A stretch of DNA of 64,000 nucleotides from NCBI RefSeq assembly GCF_006345805.1, contig NC_043002.1, positions 37,138,001-37,202,000 on the forward strand, read 5' to 3'. Origin of the DNA: Octopus sinensis (taxonomy: Eukaryota). How positions within the stretch are numbered: position 1 is the stretch's first letter; the number at the start of each line of letters is the position of its first letter. The translations under genes were made by a program, and so were the position numbers. Shown piece after piece: positions 24,301 through 37,024 of the stretch. The notes under the pieces were generated by a model. It had not been told where the DNA came from and did not search any database. It worked only from the letters and a program-made list of their open reading frames with translations.

Positions 24301-24586
24301 GCATTTTCTAACATTCAAATCAAGCAGTTTCTAAGAAAAAGCAAACTACTTCCTTTTTTATCTTTTCTAGCACTCCTCTTTACACACAGATTCAAACATG
24401 CATCTTTGGGGTTGCCTAATTACAATTTCTGGCTCAACTGATGAATGTGCAAACTTAATTACTCTCTTAGACTCATGAAAATGAATAATTATTTCAAAAC
24501 AGCATGTTCTTGAACTGTCTTCCAGCTTCAGAAAATTCTTTAACTAATTCATATTTGATAGACATTTACTCTAAGACAAATATGGG

Positions 24587-24804
24587 TGGAGGGGTGCTGA
24601 AAAGTTCCTGGCTTTGGGTAAAAGAAAATGCAGAAGGATCAGTTAATTATGATTATTTCCAACGTATTCCCCTCTCAGATTCACACACTAATAACAGCTG
24701 TCCTTCAGTTTTTGTAAGCCCTGTAAAAGAGCATGGAAGGTTGAACCTTCAACTAGGTCTTTCACAATACCCTTAAAGCCAGGAAATTTTCAGCATCCCT
24801 TGTA
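24587..24804. mobile_element. mariner-derived MITE
   Basis: TIRs GAGGGGTGCTGAAAAGTTCCTGGCTTT / AAAGCCAGGAAATTTTCAGCATCCCTTG, followed by TA. Confidence 0.7.
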
Positions 24805-25705
24805 TCCAAAATAAATAAAAATGATTTGCAAAATGGTTAAATTTTGAATCAGCATTAGTTTGCAAAATCTAGCCAGAGACAGGAGTAACCATGAGAGAAG
24901 CATTTGTCTCTGGCTTTAGGCAATTAAGGTGGGATGGGGACCAAATCTAATTTTAACTCTGTATGATAAAGACCCTTGCTACACCACTCTATCTGGTTCA
25001 ATGTCCAGTTGTATTAGCTTAGTCGTTTCTCTTATGAAACCTATAATATCAATATCTCTGAACGTTCTCACTGTATACTGTGTCTGTCTAAAGTTACTCA
25101 GTCTCATTATTTCTTTTTCTGGTATATATTACATAATTATCATTATTTCAATGGCAATTTTTTCTATACTTGCGTGAATTGGTTGGACAACTATACAGAT
25201 TATTGCCACCTGTCATGATACTATTCTGGTCTGTCTTCAATACTAATTCTCACATCTTTCATATTATTTTTCATTGGTATCTTACACAGTCAGAACACCA
25301 CTTGTTTGGTCCTGCTGCAATCTATTCCTATGCAGTTGTTTCTCTAGCAAACACTGACTCATGACGTTAGTAACCAGTTGCACTCTCAGTTAAATATCCC
25401 CCAACTTAAATGAAAGTTAGCATACACAAAGAGAGGATAAATACTTGTCTTATTTCTCAGTAGCCTTTGTCTACCAATGCGCTACATTCAAGATATAGAG
25501 GGTCACATTATCAAATATGACCAACCACTTTTTGAAGGGAAGGGAAGGTGTGATCTGAGGGAAATTTAGCTGCTATTTCTTACAGATTAAGTGGCAAAAC
25601 AGAACACCTTGTTGGCTTATGTAGTTTACTGAGGTGTTTCAACATAGGCAGTGAATTGGCAAGTTATTACAACACTAGGTAAAATACTATACAATGTTTG
25701 TTCTA

Positions 25706-26103
25706 GCTATGTGTGTGGTAAAAAGTTTGATTCCCAACCACTTCGTTCCGGGTTCAGTTCTACTGCATGGCACCTTAGGTAAGTGTCTTCTAATATAGCC
25801 TCAGGCCAACCAAAGCCTTGTGAGTGGATTTGGTAGATTGGAAACTGAAAGAAGCCTGTTGTGTGTGTGTATATATATTATATATTTGTGTATTTGTCTG
25901 TATTTGTCCCCCCGCCATTGCTTGACAACTGATGTTGGTGTGTTTATGTACCCATAACTTAGCTGTTCGGCAAAAGAGTCTGATAAGATAAGTACCAGGC
26001 TTACAAAGAGTAAGTCCAGGGGTCGATTCTTTCAACTAAAGGCAGTGTTCCAGCATGGCTACAGTCAAAATGGCTTGAAACAAGTAAAAGAGTAAAAGAG
26101 TAA
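25706..26103 (+). mobile_element. SINE family 1, near full length
   Basis: Colinear with the 20088 copy. Confidence 0.88.
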
Positions 26104-26252
26104 ATGATGTTAGATTAACAGAAGTGTTTGAGTGTTCAACCCATGACAGCAAGGAAAGCAGATGTTAAATGGTGATGATGCTAATGTTAAACGATGCTGC
26201 TGCTAATGTCAATGAGGTGAGATGTTTCATGATAGCCGTTTTAATTGCTTGC

Positions 26253-26741
26253 ATTCTGAGTTCAAATTTTGCCTCCCATTAATGATCTCCTTTTAACAAT
26301 AATTTTTGGGATGCAGCTAACGGTGATTGAGTGGAGTGAAGCAACATTTAAGTTACATTAATAAAAGTCACTGGATCCTGCACAAAGAGGGAATGATACT
26401 TAAACAGAAAAAAAGACACTATGCTTTCATAAGTAACCTAAGACAATGAAGAAGAACGAATCAACTTTTAGGAATATCGTGATATGCATCTGATAAGCAT
26501 CTTATGTAGTCCTTTCATTCTTTCCCACTACATATGATGCATATCTTATGTAGTTTAATAATAAATCTATCCTTACCTCTTATAATAGAGGTAAATTTTA
26601 GAATTTTTATATTGAAACTGTAATTGCTTATGATCAAATGCCATCTGACGGTTTCACTCCACTCAATCACCTTTAGCTGGGCCTCAAAAATTACTGTTAC
26701 AAGGAGATCATTGATGGGAGATGAAACTTGAACTCAGAATA
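26253..26741. repeat. Imperfect inverted repeat, arms about 90 bp, spacer about 310 bp
   Basis: 26253-26342 (attctgagttcaaa...ggtgattgagtggagtgaa) versus 26651-26741 (ttcactccactcaatcacc...ttgaactcagaat). Confidence 0.7.
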
Positions 26742-28358
26742 GAAGCTGTGTGGAGCTGAGCAGACACTTAGTCTTGTGCTGTTGAGAACATAACAATTCT
26801 CTTAGGTGTCATGATGAAATGTTCACCTCACAGTCTGGCTAGGACATCCAACCATAGAGACCGAGCCAAAAAAAAAAAGCAACAAAAAAAAAAGAAATAC
26901 ATGAATGGGATGTGGTTTGTATAGCCTTCACGGAGAGCAGTAATCTCAAAATAAAATTGAGATGAACTGTAACAACCTATCCAACCCGTGTCAGCATGTA
27001 AAGCAGACATAAAACAATGATGATGATGATGATAGTGATGGTGATGATGAAGAATCTTGTCATAATTTATCAATTATTTGTGCATTAATGAGAGTTTACT
27101 AAAACAGTTTGCATCTAGTCCTTTCATTCTTTCCTGATACATAAGAATGTTGCTTGTTTTGAACATCACATCATTTGCAGAGGCTCATATAACCGAGATT
27201 TAATTTCTCATAATGTTTGAATTCAAAATTTCAACAACTTGTCTATTTGAAATGGAACATAAAATTATCAGACTGTGTAAAATTAGGTGCCTTCCCTTGA
27301 AATAAGAGATTTATAGTGTCATAAAACCAAACTCCACAAAAGGGATTTCATTTCATGCCTGCTAAACATTTGGCAATTTCTCTCATTTTAACAAGATGAG
27401 CTGGAAAGCAGCTTAATTTTTCCAATTCTGCATTAACGGCTCATATAAATCACTTCAGATCAAGCCATTATTTATTCTAACTGTACTAAATATTAGTCCC
27501 TATATCACAACTAAATTCTAACATAAAATAACTAAATTAATGATCTGGTTTCATAAACATTCACTTTATGGCCTGAATTACAATTGTTTTTCATTTGATT
27601 TGTGTTATTGGGAAGTAGTAAGCATTTATTCCTATTTCAGATCATCTCTCATATATCCATTTGTAGTCACTATCGCTGAAAGGCTGTAACACTATAATCT
27701 GTGAATATTGATCAAATGTTCGATTCCTCTATATTCCTTGAATCATGCTCTGACCCATACAAATATAGAAAAATGGACATTAAAATGAAAAGATGATGAT
27801 TTTATATTCTTGCAAAAGAAGGTCTTCGACCATAAAGCAGTTTGAAATGCTTTTGAAGAATTAAGTGATTTCAGGATCCAAAATTCTATGCTACCAGAAT
27901 AAATAATCTTGTTTCTTGGCAAATATGTGACAATTCTAATGGTTATTATTTCAATTAATAAAATTTATTCAGTGCTGAGATATATCGCTTTAAAGTTGGA
28001 GAAAAACTGTAATTTTTTTGCGCAAATCTGACACACATATATTTACATATATTTATGTGCTAAGGGGAATGAGAAAAATGATAGTAAAGTGAGAGGATAA
28101 GAGATTTTACATGTATTTGCTTGAGTTTAAATACATGAGTATGTAAATGTTTGAATACACTTGTATATGCATATTTTAAGAGACAAAGACAAAGAAAGAA
28201 AGAAAGAAAAGGCAAAATATACAAAGAAAAGATCAGAGGAGTTCATTTTATACATTTATACAAAAATATATTAGCAAATACACTTGTGTCAGTAACCCTA
28301 TATATGAATTCATATGCATCTGTGTATGCATTTGCACATATACTTAATTATGAAGCAG

Positions 28359-28399
<41 letters not shown>

Positions 28400-28577
28400 G
28401 TATCCCTCCAAGATAACTTGTTCATGTGTCTCCCCCACTCACTTTAAACCCTATTTATAAATTAATGGCAGCACTACAGCAGTAAACAGAACTGGAATGA
28501 ATTTCAAACTCCTATAAAGCTGTTCTTGGTTGTAAAAACTGATTTGACTTTCCAAATTCAGTTCAAAAATAATTTTT

Positions 28578-29137
28578 ACCAGTGCCGGTGGCATGTCGAA
28601 ACTCTGCTTGTGAAGACCCATTGAGGCAAGTGAGGATCAGAATCGAAATCGATCAATGGAAATTGCGGATGTGCTACCAGTGCCGGTGGCATGTCGAAAC
28701 TCTGCTTGTGAAGACCCATTGAGGCAAGTGAGGATCAGAATCGAAATCGATCAATGGAAATCGATCAATGGAAATTGCAGATGTGTTACCAGTGCCGGTG
28801 GCATGTAAGAGAACTTTCCGTTTCGCGACCGTTGCCAGCACCGCCCCGTTTCGTGTCCGTTGCCAGCCTCGCCTGGCCCTTGTGCCGGTGGCACATAAAA
28901 GCACCATCCGTTCGTGGCCGTTTGCCAGCTCTGTCTGGCACCAGTGCGGGTGGCACGTAAAAAGCACCCACTACACTCACGGAGTGGTTGGCGTTAGGAA
29001 GGCATCCAGCCGTAGAAACACTGCCAGATTTGACTGGCCTGATGAAGCCTTCTGGCTTCACAGACCCCAGTAGAACCGTCCAACCCATGCTAGCATGGAA
29101 ACGGACGCTAATGATGATGATGATGATGATGATGATG
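28578..29137 (+). mobile_element. 5'-truncated RTE LINE copy (3' UTR only)
   Basis: Near-identical to the reverse complement of 47975-48500, including the about 98-bp internal duplication and (GAT)n tail. Confidence 0.92.
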
Positions 29138-30451
29138 ACTACACATAAGTATCTGGATTTTCTATGAGAGCCTCCATGTATTACCTTTTTTAACAACAAT
29201 ATCGCAACCTATTTGATTTTCCGTGACTTGTTTTGAAGAGTCTGTATTATCAAACACATTGTTGATTATCTGGAAAACTGTTAAAAACTATTAAAACTAG
29301 GTAAATACTATGTAAGAGATTTATGGCATGGCAGCCTTGTATTATGGTAGAACTGAAATGGATGTAATTGACTACATAGAATACTTGTAGCACAATAGTA
29401 AAGTTGTAAAAAGATTCAAAATTGAAGTCTCTGTTCATAAAGATAATCACTTCTGCTTTACATGCTATGATACATACTTTTAAAAATCAGCTTTGTAAAT
29501 ATGAACTATGAAACCCAATATGTTGCATTAAAACTTTGCAGTTTTGATCCTAGCTGAATGAAATGTATATATTCTTTTATTTCAGCATTGCATAAAACTG
29601 TGTTTTTCTATAACAGATAGATTGTGCTTGCAACACTGATTGCTTTCATGATCTTAGGTAAAGTCCATCCCACCATTATCTAGCTGAGACAGCTTAAGAC
29701 TCTTGATCTGTTTACCGGATGATATTATTATGAGTGGACTGCTTTGATTATTATCAGATGCATTCAAGGTACCCAAATATATTCCAGTCAGAACTCGTTG
29801 CTTCTCATCACCTTTGACACAAATACAATTTCATCAGACCAGTCTACAAGAGTGGTGCTGTAACTCCTTAACTTCTTCTACCTCAAATTACCCAAAAATC
29901 ATATCCAACATTTTGTGTCCACTCTAATCTACCAGCTCAATTTTTCCTCTCACCCTCCCAACCTAATTGTCTGTAAATCACATACTGATGCAAACTCCTT
30001 TCTGCCTGAAGCCCATAAAACTAACATTTCACCATTTCTGCTGGTAGTTAACCTAATGAGCGCATATCCAAAATCCTTGACTAGCTTTTCTTATGCTTAG
30101 AAGTAGCTGTCCCATCACACAAGTATGACATCAACCACACACTCCGTCTCTTCAGCTCCTTCTTATATATATATATATACATATTGTAACATATAATTGC
30201 CACCAAGTGTAGCATTCTATACATGACAGTCCTACTGACGTTTATATCCCCAGTAAGACATCTCTTCCAGCTGGCTAACGACGCATATTTTGTGTCCGAT
30301 TAGTATTTGTGAGGAGAGGGCATTACTCCCATCTCTAGCCTTACGTAATACACATGGACTCGAGTTTCTGGGTGATTATTCATCCTCAACATGTGTTAAT
30401 CACAAGCTAGTGATGAAGACTCATTCCATTCGCAAAATACTATACATACAT

Positions 30452-30513
<62 letters not shown>

Positions 30514-30544
30514 ACACACACACGCACACACACATATATATATA

Positions 30545-30650
30545 TATCTTCTTTCTGTTTATTTCCTTGTGTTTCTTTCTGTTGAAGAGCGTAGGCTCGA
30601 AACATACAAGAATTTCTCACCTTCCCAAGCATCAAACTAATACACCTGCT
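30545..30650 (+). mobile_element. Family C element with hammerhead-like variant at 30574-30611
   Basis: TCTTT-CTGTTGA-A-GAGC-gtag-GCTC-GAAA-CA-TA-CAAGA; inserted in (TA)n. Confidence 0.55.
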
Positions 30651-30728
30651 ATATATATATATGTGTGTGTGTATGTGTGTGTGTGTGTGTCACAGGGAGG
30701 AGGAACTCATGAGCAGTCAATAGCCACC

Positions 30729-30762
<34 letters not shown>

Positions 30763-31249
30763 CATTTATATATATTCTTATATGTATATAAATGTATATT
30801 TTTACTTTTATATATATATACATTATTTATATTTAGATCTTATTTTATTTATATTTTTAAATTACATATCTTTTACTTTTTATACATTTATATATTATTT
30901 ATATTAAATCTTATTTACATTTTTAAATCACATGTTTTACATTTTTTTTATGTATGAATGAACTACTCTGTGTTGGAAATTGGCTGTAAGGTACCCAAAA
31001 ATGTTGTAAACTTCAAATTACCAAGTAGCTCGCAAAGATTCTCCAGTGCTATAGAAAGTATCAATCTTGATCCAAACAGTTTATGGGGAGATTTCAAAAT
31101 AAAACTATTTCAGACTGCAAGTTCGTCAGTGGGATTTAAATCATGTAAGTCCAGTGACTGATTCTCAGACAAATCAGCAGAAATTCATGATCTACTTTTA
31201 GAAAAATAAAACTTAGGCAATACCCTTCTTTCTCAGTGTTTGAACTCCG

Positions 31250-32620
31250 ACTTAAATGAAGCTTACAGAAGGGAAAATGCAGACTGCTCTAAGGAAAATT
31301 AAACAGGAATGGTGGAATGATAGAGCAAACGGGTTACAAGAAGCAGCCGATAGAAATGACACCAAAGGTTTGTACTTTTATGTTATGGGGGTATATGGCC
31401 CCAGATCTTCTTCAATATCTCCAGTGATTACAGCAAATGGACGTTTGCTGCTGACTGACACCGCTTCTATTCATAAGTGCTGGGTAGAACATTTTTCTGC
31501 ACTTTCAAATAGACCATCATCCACTGACATGAGAATGATACGAAAAAATCAAACACCTTCCAGTTATAGAGGAGATGGCATTTGAAACAACTCTAAATGA
31601 CATTTATTTAGCTGTGAATAAACTGAATAACAATAAGTCTCCAGGGTCTGATGGAATCTGTGCAGAAGTCTTGAAATATGGAGGTGCCAAAATGTTTGAA
31701 CTATTAAATATATTAATTTGTCACTGTTGGAGAACTGAGATAGTGTCTCAAGACTGGATTGATGTCATTTTAGTCTCTTTGTATAAATCGGGGCCAAAGG
31801 GTCTGTGTGGTAATTTTCGTGGGATTTCGGTCTTTTCTCTGTGGTTGGAAAGGTACCTGCCCACAATCTATTAGAATGTTTAAATACCTTCATAGTTCCA
31901 AATATGGTGTCTAAGTCTTAATGTGGTTTTTGCTCCTCCAAGGGCATAGCTGATTGTATCTCTACTATAAGATAACTGCAGGGAAAGTCCATTGAATAGA
32001 ATCTAGCCCTATACCATTGCTTTGTTGATTTGAGCAAAGCATTCGATACTGTTAATTGAAATGCTCAGTGGTTAATTCTAAGGAAACTAGGTTGCCCAGG
32101 AAAATTTGTAAACATGATCAGGGCTTTGTATCAAGACATGAAAAAGCTAGAGTTAATTTTCGAAGTAGGCTCTCTGAATCTTTTGCCGTGAAAAATGAAG
32201 TAAAGCAAGGAGACCTTGATGCACCCTCCCTCCTTGCAATATACTTTGCTGTTGTGTTATCATACACTTTTCAAAACACTGAGGAGGGTATTTACATAAA
32301 ATATCAAACAACAGGGAATGTTTTTAATCTAACCGGACTGAAATTCAAAATGAAAGTTTTTTTACTTCCCTCATTAGGGAATTCTTATATGCTGACGATT
32401 GTGATCTTGTCAGTCATTCTGAAACAAGTCTGTAATCTCTTGTATCTGCATTTGACTCTGTGATGACTTTAGTTTGATCATCAACTCAAAAAAAAAAACA
32501 GTTGTAATGTATCAACCTGCATGAGGTGCTGTTTGCAATCCCACTAAAATTTTTGTTAAGGGTAAGTTACATGAGGTTGTTGATTCTTTCATCTGCCTTG
32601 GAAGCATTTGGTGGTTTGAA
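31250..32620 (+). mobile_element. Decayed RTE-BovB-type LINE fragment (RT region)
   Basis: WW..RA..LQEAADRNDTK, KSPGSDGICAEVLKYGG, CGNFRGIS, FVDLSKAFDTV, VKQG and YADD-region remnants; many stops and frameshifts. Confidence 0.88.
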
Positions 32621-32748
32621 GTCATGCATTTGGTGCCAATGACATATAAATAACAATACAAAATTGGCTCTTTACAAATCATTCTTATTGTATATAATAA
32701 GTTTTATCTCTAATTTATTATAATATAATATAATTATATATATATATA

Positions 32749-32764
32749 TCTTTCTATCGATCTG

Positions 32765-32834
<70 letters not shown>

Positions 32835-32904
32835 AATCTGTCTGTCTGACTGTCCATATATATATATATATATATATATATATGGACAGACAGACAGACA
32901 GATT

Positions 32905-32954
<50 letters not shown>

Positions 32955-32970
32955 CAGATCGATAGAAAGA
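32749..32970. repeat. Palindromic compound microsatellite (TATC)n-(TCTG)n-(TA)n-(CAGA)n-(GATA)n
   Basis: tctttctatcgatctgtc... and ...gacagatcgatagaaaga are reverse complements centred on (TA)n at 32856-32883. Confidence 0.9.
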
Positions 32971-33298
32971 TTTTTCATTTATTTTCCTAAGCGCAAATCA
33001 AACAAAATGTATTTACTTCTGTTTAGAGTTCCATGGCAACAAGCTTAAAAACAGAACTTTAACTATGTTGTGCATTAATATTTAATAATTACATATTACG
33101 TACAAACACATTTCTTAAAATTGATAGATCAACAAAATATATTTTGTCTGACTATTTGTTCTTATTAAAATATATTGATACTCAAATTCAACAGTTTGAG
33201 TTCTTAGTAGCCTAACCATGTTCTTTTGAATAGCTAACTTATTTAACAATCTGTCACCTGTCTGTCTTCTATACATACAGGTATATGTATGTATATGC

Positions 33299-33334
<36 letters not shown>

Positions 33335-33369
33335 TCACACATACCTTTAGAGGTACCTGGTGTTGAATC

Positions 33370-33399
<30 letters not shown>

Positions 33400-33403
<4 letters not shown>

Positions 33404-33950
33404 ATCTGAGTGAAAGAGCAGCACACCATCTAAGTGATGCTGGAGTAGAAATATATGAAACCCAATATACCCATCATGACTACCAGTCTGATAAGGGTAC
33501 ACCAGGCACTTGCATCACAACCATATGTGCACAACATGGTGATCTCATATCAAGATAAACAGTGTATGACCTTGCAGGTAGGGCTCAGTTAGAATTTTCT
33601 TCAGGTCAAGTACCCCAGCCTATTCAATAGATCCCTGAATACAATTTGTTTCTTGGGGTGAAATATTCAACCTCCAAATAATTCCTCTCAACACATGGCT
33701 ATGATGCTCCCCCTCTACTTCTGCTCATGATCAGAGATGCACATATAGTCAGCTGCGATATGTAAGGGACATGCTCATATGGTTAAGGTAAAGCAAGTGA
33801 CAAGCAAATCTGCGGTATAGAGCAGAATATTAGCTGTAACCGATCTTTTACACTAAGACAAAACATATACATGTTAACACTTCCTATAAGTTAAGATCAG
33901 AAGCCATAAGAATCTGCCTGGTATTGTATCAGAGCATTTATTATCATTAT
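33400..33950 (-). mobile_element. Interspersed repeat family D, longer copy
   Basis: Reverse complement homologous to 18790-19065; adjacent (TAC)n. Confidence 0.7.
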
Positions 33951-33967
33951 TATTATTATTATAATTA

Positions 33968-34165
33968 GAGTGGCAGGCTAGCAGAATCGTTAGCATGCTG
34001 GGAAAAATGTTTAGTGGTATTTCAGCTGTCTTTATGTTCTGAGTTCAAATACCTCTGAGGTTGACTCTGCCTTGGGGTCAATAAATTAATTACCAGTGAA
34101 ACAATGGAATCGAGCTAATTGACTAGTCCCATCTCCCAGAATTTCAGGCCTTGTGCCTTTAGTAG
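33968..34165 (+). mobile_element. SINE family 2
   Basis: ggcaggctagcagaatcgttagcatgc...ttctgagttcaaatacctctgaggttgac...aatttcaggccttgtgcc. Confidence 0.8.
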
Positions 34166-34189
34166 AAAGGATTTAGTGGCAGGGAAGTG

Positions 34190-34850
34190 TGACGATGGGT
34201 GCTGACGAGAATGAGCTGGCTAGTATGTTTTGGAGGACTTTCCAGTCAGGAATTATCAAGGATAATTTCCAGATGTCTTTGGACTGGCAGTGCTACTAGG
34301 GGGTGCTACCAGTTTGAGATAAATTCTACAGGCATTGATATGCTGTCAGATGGACTTGCCTGAAGTGTGCACAGAGTGACGAAACCATTATGCATGCCTT
34401 CATTCAGTGTCCAGATACATTCCTCTTTGGTAGAGCTCTTAAAGAAATTGAGAGAGCAGAGGGAAGTGCTGTCCTTGGTTGGGTTTGTTGGAAGGTGGGT
34501 GAAAGTTGCGAAAATGGCAAGAATGGATGATACCTCTCTAAGTATAGACCTGTGAGTCGGAAAGAAAGAATTGGAGAGGGCACTTGCTCCTAGGATGTCA
34601 AGGAAATCTCAGACAGTGGGATTCCTTGATTATCCCTAGAGGTGTTCCTGTATCAGGAGGGCCACATCTCTATCATCCTTACCCCCCATTTTTTTTTGCC
34701 TTTGTATGCTATGCATATATCCCTTCTTTTCCAGTGTATACCGTGTATGCTTTAATTTTTTTTTATCATTTCATTATTATATGTAAACCTCCACACTTTA
34801 TGTCTGTCTCTGTATTGTTCCCCTCATCCTTTGTCCTTGTGACAAATAAA
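34190..34850 (+). mobile_element. Decayed Tx1/L1-clade LINE 3' fragment
   Basis: SLDWQCY*GVLPV*DKFYRH..RWTCLKCAQSDETIMHAFIQCP, the C-x2-C-x8-H-x4-C zf-RVT knuckle typical of L1/Tx1 ORF2 C-termini. Confidence 0.65.
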
Positions 34851-34859
34851 TGAAATCAT

Positions 34860-34869
34860 CATTCTTCTT

Positions 34870-34938
<69 letters not shown>

Positions 34939-35490
34939 ATTATCATTATTCTGAAAGACTCTCAGATAGTTCTTAATTACCGGTTGTTCTTTACTTGAAA
35001 GCAGGCAAGTACAAATCATCAAAGGTTTCAAGTAGTGCCTTCTCCTGTGACTCAAAGAGACAATACTCTCCTTAGAATGCGAGCTGTATCCAACAATGCT
35101 GTCTTCTGGATCACTTCGACCTGACAGCAGCTCCAATATTCTTAATATGTTTTCCAAAGCTCTTGGAAACTGCTCTTAATGCTCCAATTACCACTGGTAT
35201 CACCATTACTTTCCTCATGCCCCATAACTTTCTCTTCCTCATCCTTCCGTTCACTGCTGGTCTTACTATCCCCAAGCATCCAGCTCTTAATGCTTTCTAG
35301 TTCAACTAGGGATAACCATTCATTCTTTCTGATGGCTCTAGCTTGGTCACACAGATTTTGTTCATTTAATTCAATAGGCCTCTATCGCTCCATGCCCTGA
35401 GCATTCTTTTCCTATATCTCCTAGCAGGTACTTTATTATTATTTCTCGGATTAACCAGAACGTAGCACTCCATTACAGCCATCGTTGTCG
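34860..35490 (-). mobile_element. Internally deleted R4/Dong-type (RLE) non-LTR element with (TAA)n/(GAA)n tail
   Basis: N-terminal MAVMECY..YRKRMLRAW..EQNLCDQARAIRKNEWLSLVELESIK joined to C-terminal KLWGMRKVMVIPVVIGAL..EVIQKTALLDTARILRRVLSL*. Confidence 0.75.
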
Positions 35491-35519
35491 TCATCATCAT
35501 CATCATCATAATTATTATA

Positions 35520-35735
35520 AGGCAGTGAGCTGGCAGAACTGTCAGTTAGCATGCTGGACAAAATGCTTAGTGGCATTTCATCTGTCTTTGTGTTCTGAGC
35601 TCATATTCCGCCATGGTCAATTTTACCTTTCATCCTTTCAGAGGTCAATAAAATAAGTACCAGTGAAGTACTGGGGTTGACATAATCAACTTCCCCTCCC
35701 TTCAAGAACTGCTAACCCTATGCCAAAATTTTAAA
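35520..35735 (+). mobile_element. SINE family 2
   Basis: ggcagtgagctggcagaac...gttctgagctcatattccgcc...aagtaccagtgaagtactgggg. Confidence 0.8.
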
Positions 35736-36750
35736 CCATTATTATTATTATTGTACTTGGATTCCAATTTTTCTTTGCACATCCTTTTCCTCTTCATTTG
35801 TCTTACATCCTATTTTTTTTATAAAAAAATTTCCTGTTTCTTTTTTTTATTTTATTTTATTCTTCTGCCTTTATGCATTTTTCTTCTTTCCTCTACCCCC
35901 TTCAACACATCTTGTGCTTCTTTTTACTATCATCTCATCTATCTTTTTTTTTTGTGGGGGTGGAACACGCTGAAGCTGTTGTAAAATGCAAACCGTCTGC
36001 TTATCTCAGATCTCTCACGCAACATATAGTAACATTTTTTTATTTAATTTTCTTTGTACTTATATACCTGTGTGAGTGTGTATTTGTGTGTGTATATGCA
36101 TGTTCTTGCATGTGTTGATGTCAGTGGGTGTATTCGTAATAAATTCTACCTGCTCTGTGTGTGTGTGTGTATGTAGTTTTAATTGTTTTTCTGTTTGCCT
36201 CTAAAATACGATTCTTATATTTTATGTGCCAAAACATTACTATGTACCTCTGCTTTACAACACATACGTATGCATGCATAGTTTTATAATAAACATTTGC
36301 AAGTTTCTCTATTGGTATGTGATTATGTATATGAAACTGTGCTTGTATGAAAAGAACGTATTTCTTAACAGTGATGGATGTGTACATGTGGAGGTGCCTG
36401 CATGTGTGTGTAAACATGTGTGTTTTCATGAAGGCATCTGTTTCATTATATGTGAGATTCTATGAAAATTTCTATGAAATTCTTAATATGTTTACATGCA
36501 TGTATGCATATATTTCATCGTCATCAGCCTCGTTTTAGTTTCCTTTTGCTCTATAAGTATAAATATGCATGTGTTTGCGTTTGTGTGTGTGTGTGCATGC
36601 ATGTGATTCAAAGCATATTTTCTTGTAAAACTACCTTCACTCTACTTCTCATCCTTTTCCTCTCTCTCTCTCTTTTACTATTTTTTATGTACCTATCACT
36701 ATTTGACATACATATATACATACATATATATATATATCATCACACACACA

Positions 36751-36785
<35 letters not shown>

Positions 36786-36892
36786 TTATGCATGCATGTG
36801 TAACATACTTGAGTATAAAATATGCATTTGAAACTGTATGCAAGAAGTTTGTAAATGTCTATATATTTTGTGTGCAATTCCAATACTCAGCC

Positions 36893-36923
<31 letters not shown>

Positions 36924-36983
36924 GTATATATTATATATATAGTATATGTGTGTGTGTATATATATATGTATGTATATATTATG

Positions 36984-37024
<41 letters not shown>

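Noticed and set aside
29039-29060. CTGATGA-AGCC-TTCT-GGCTT in the RTE 3' UTR as a hammerhead
   Set aside because: No GAAA or stem III follows, and sister copies lack the CTGATGA; it is an ordinary stem-loop.
29830-30100. Possible Penelope RT remnant (FYL-LPK-H-like words)
   Set aside because: Similarity is limited to a few residues with frameshifts; needs a profile search.
35751-36118. Hydrophobic F/L/I-rich ORFs as membrane-protein exons (also 24929-25364 and 56701-57274)
   Set aside because: Explained by T-rich low-complexity DNA; no Cav3 or other family motif.
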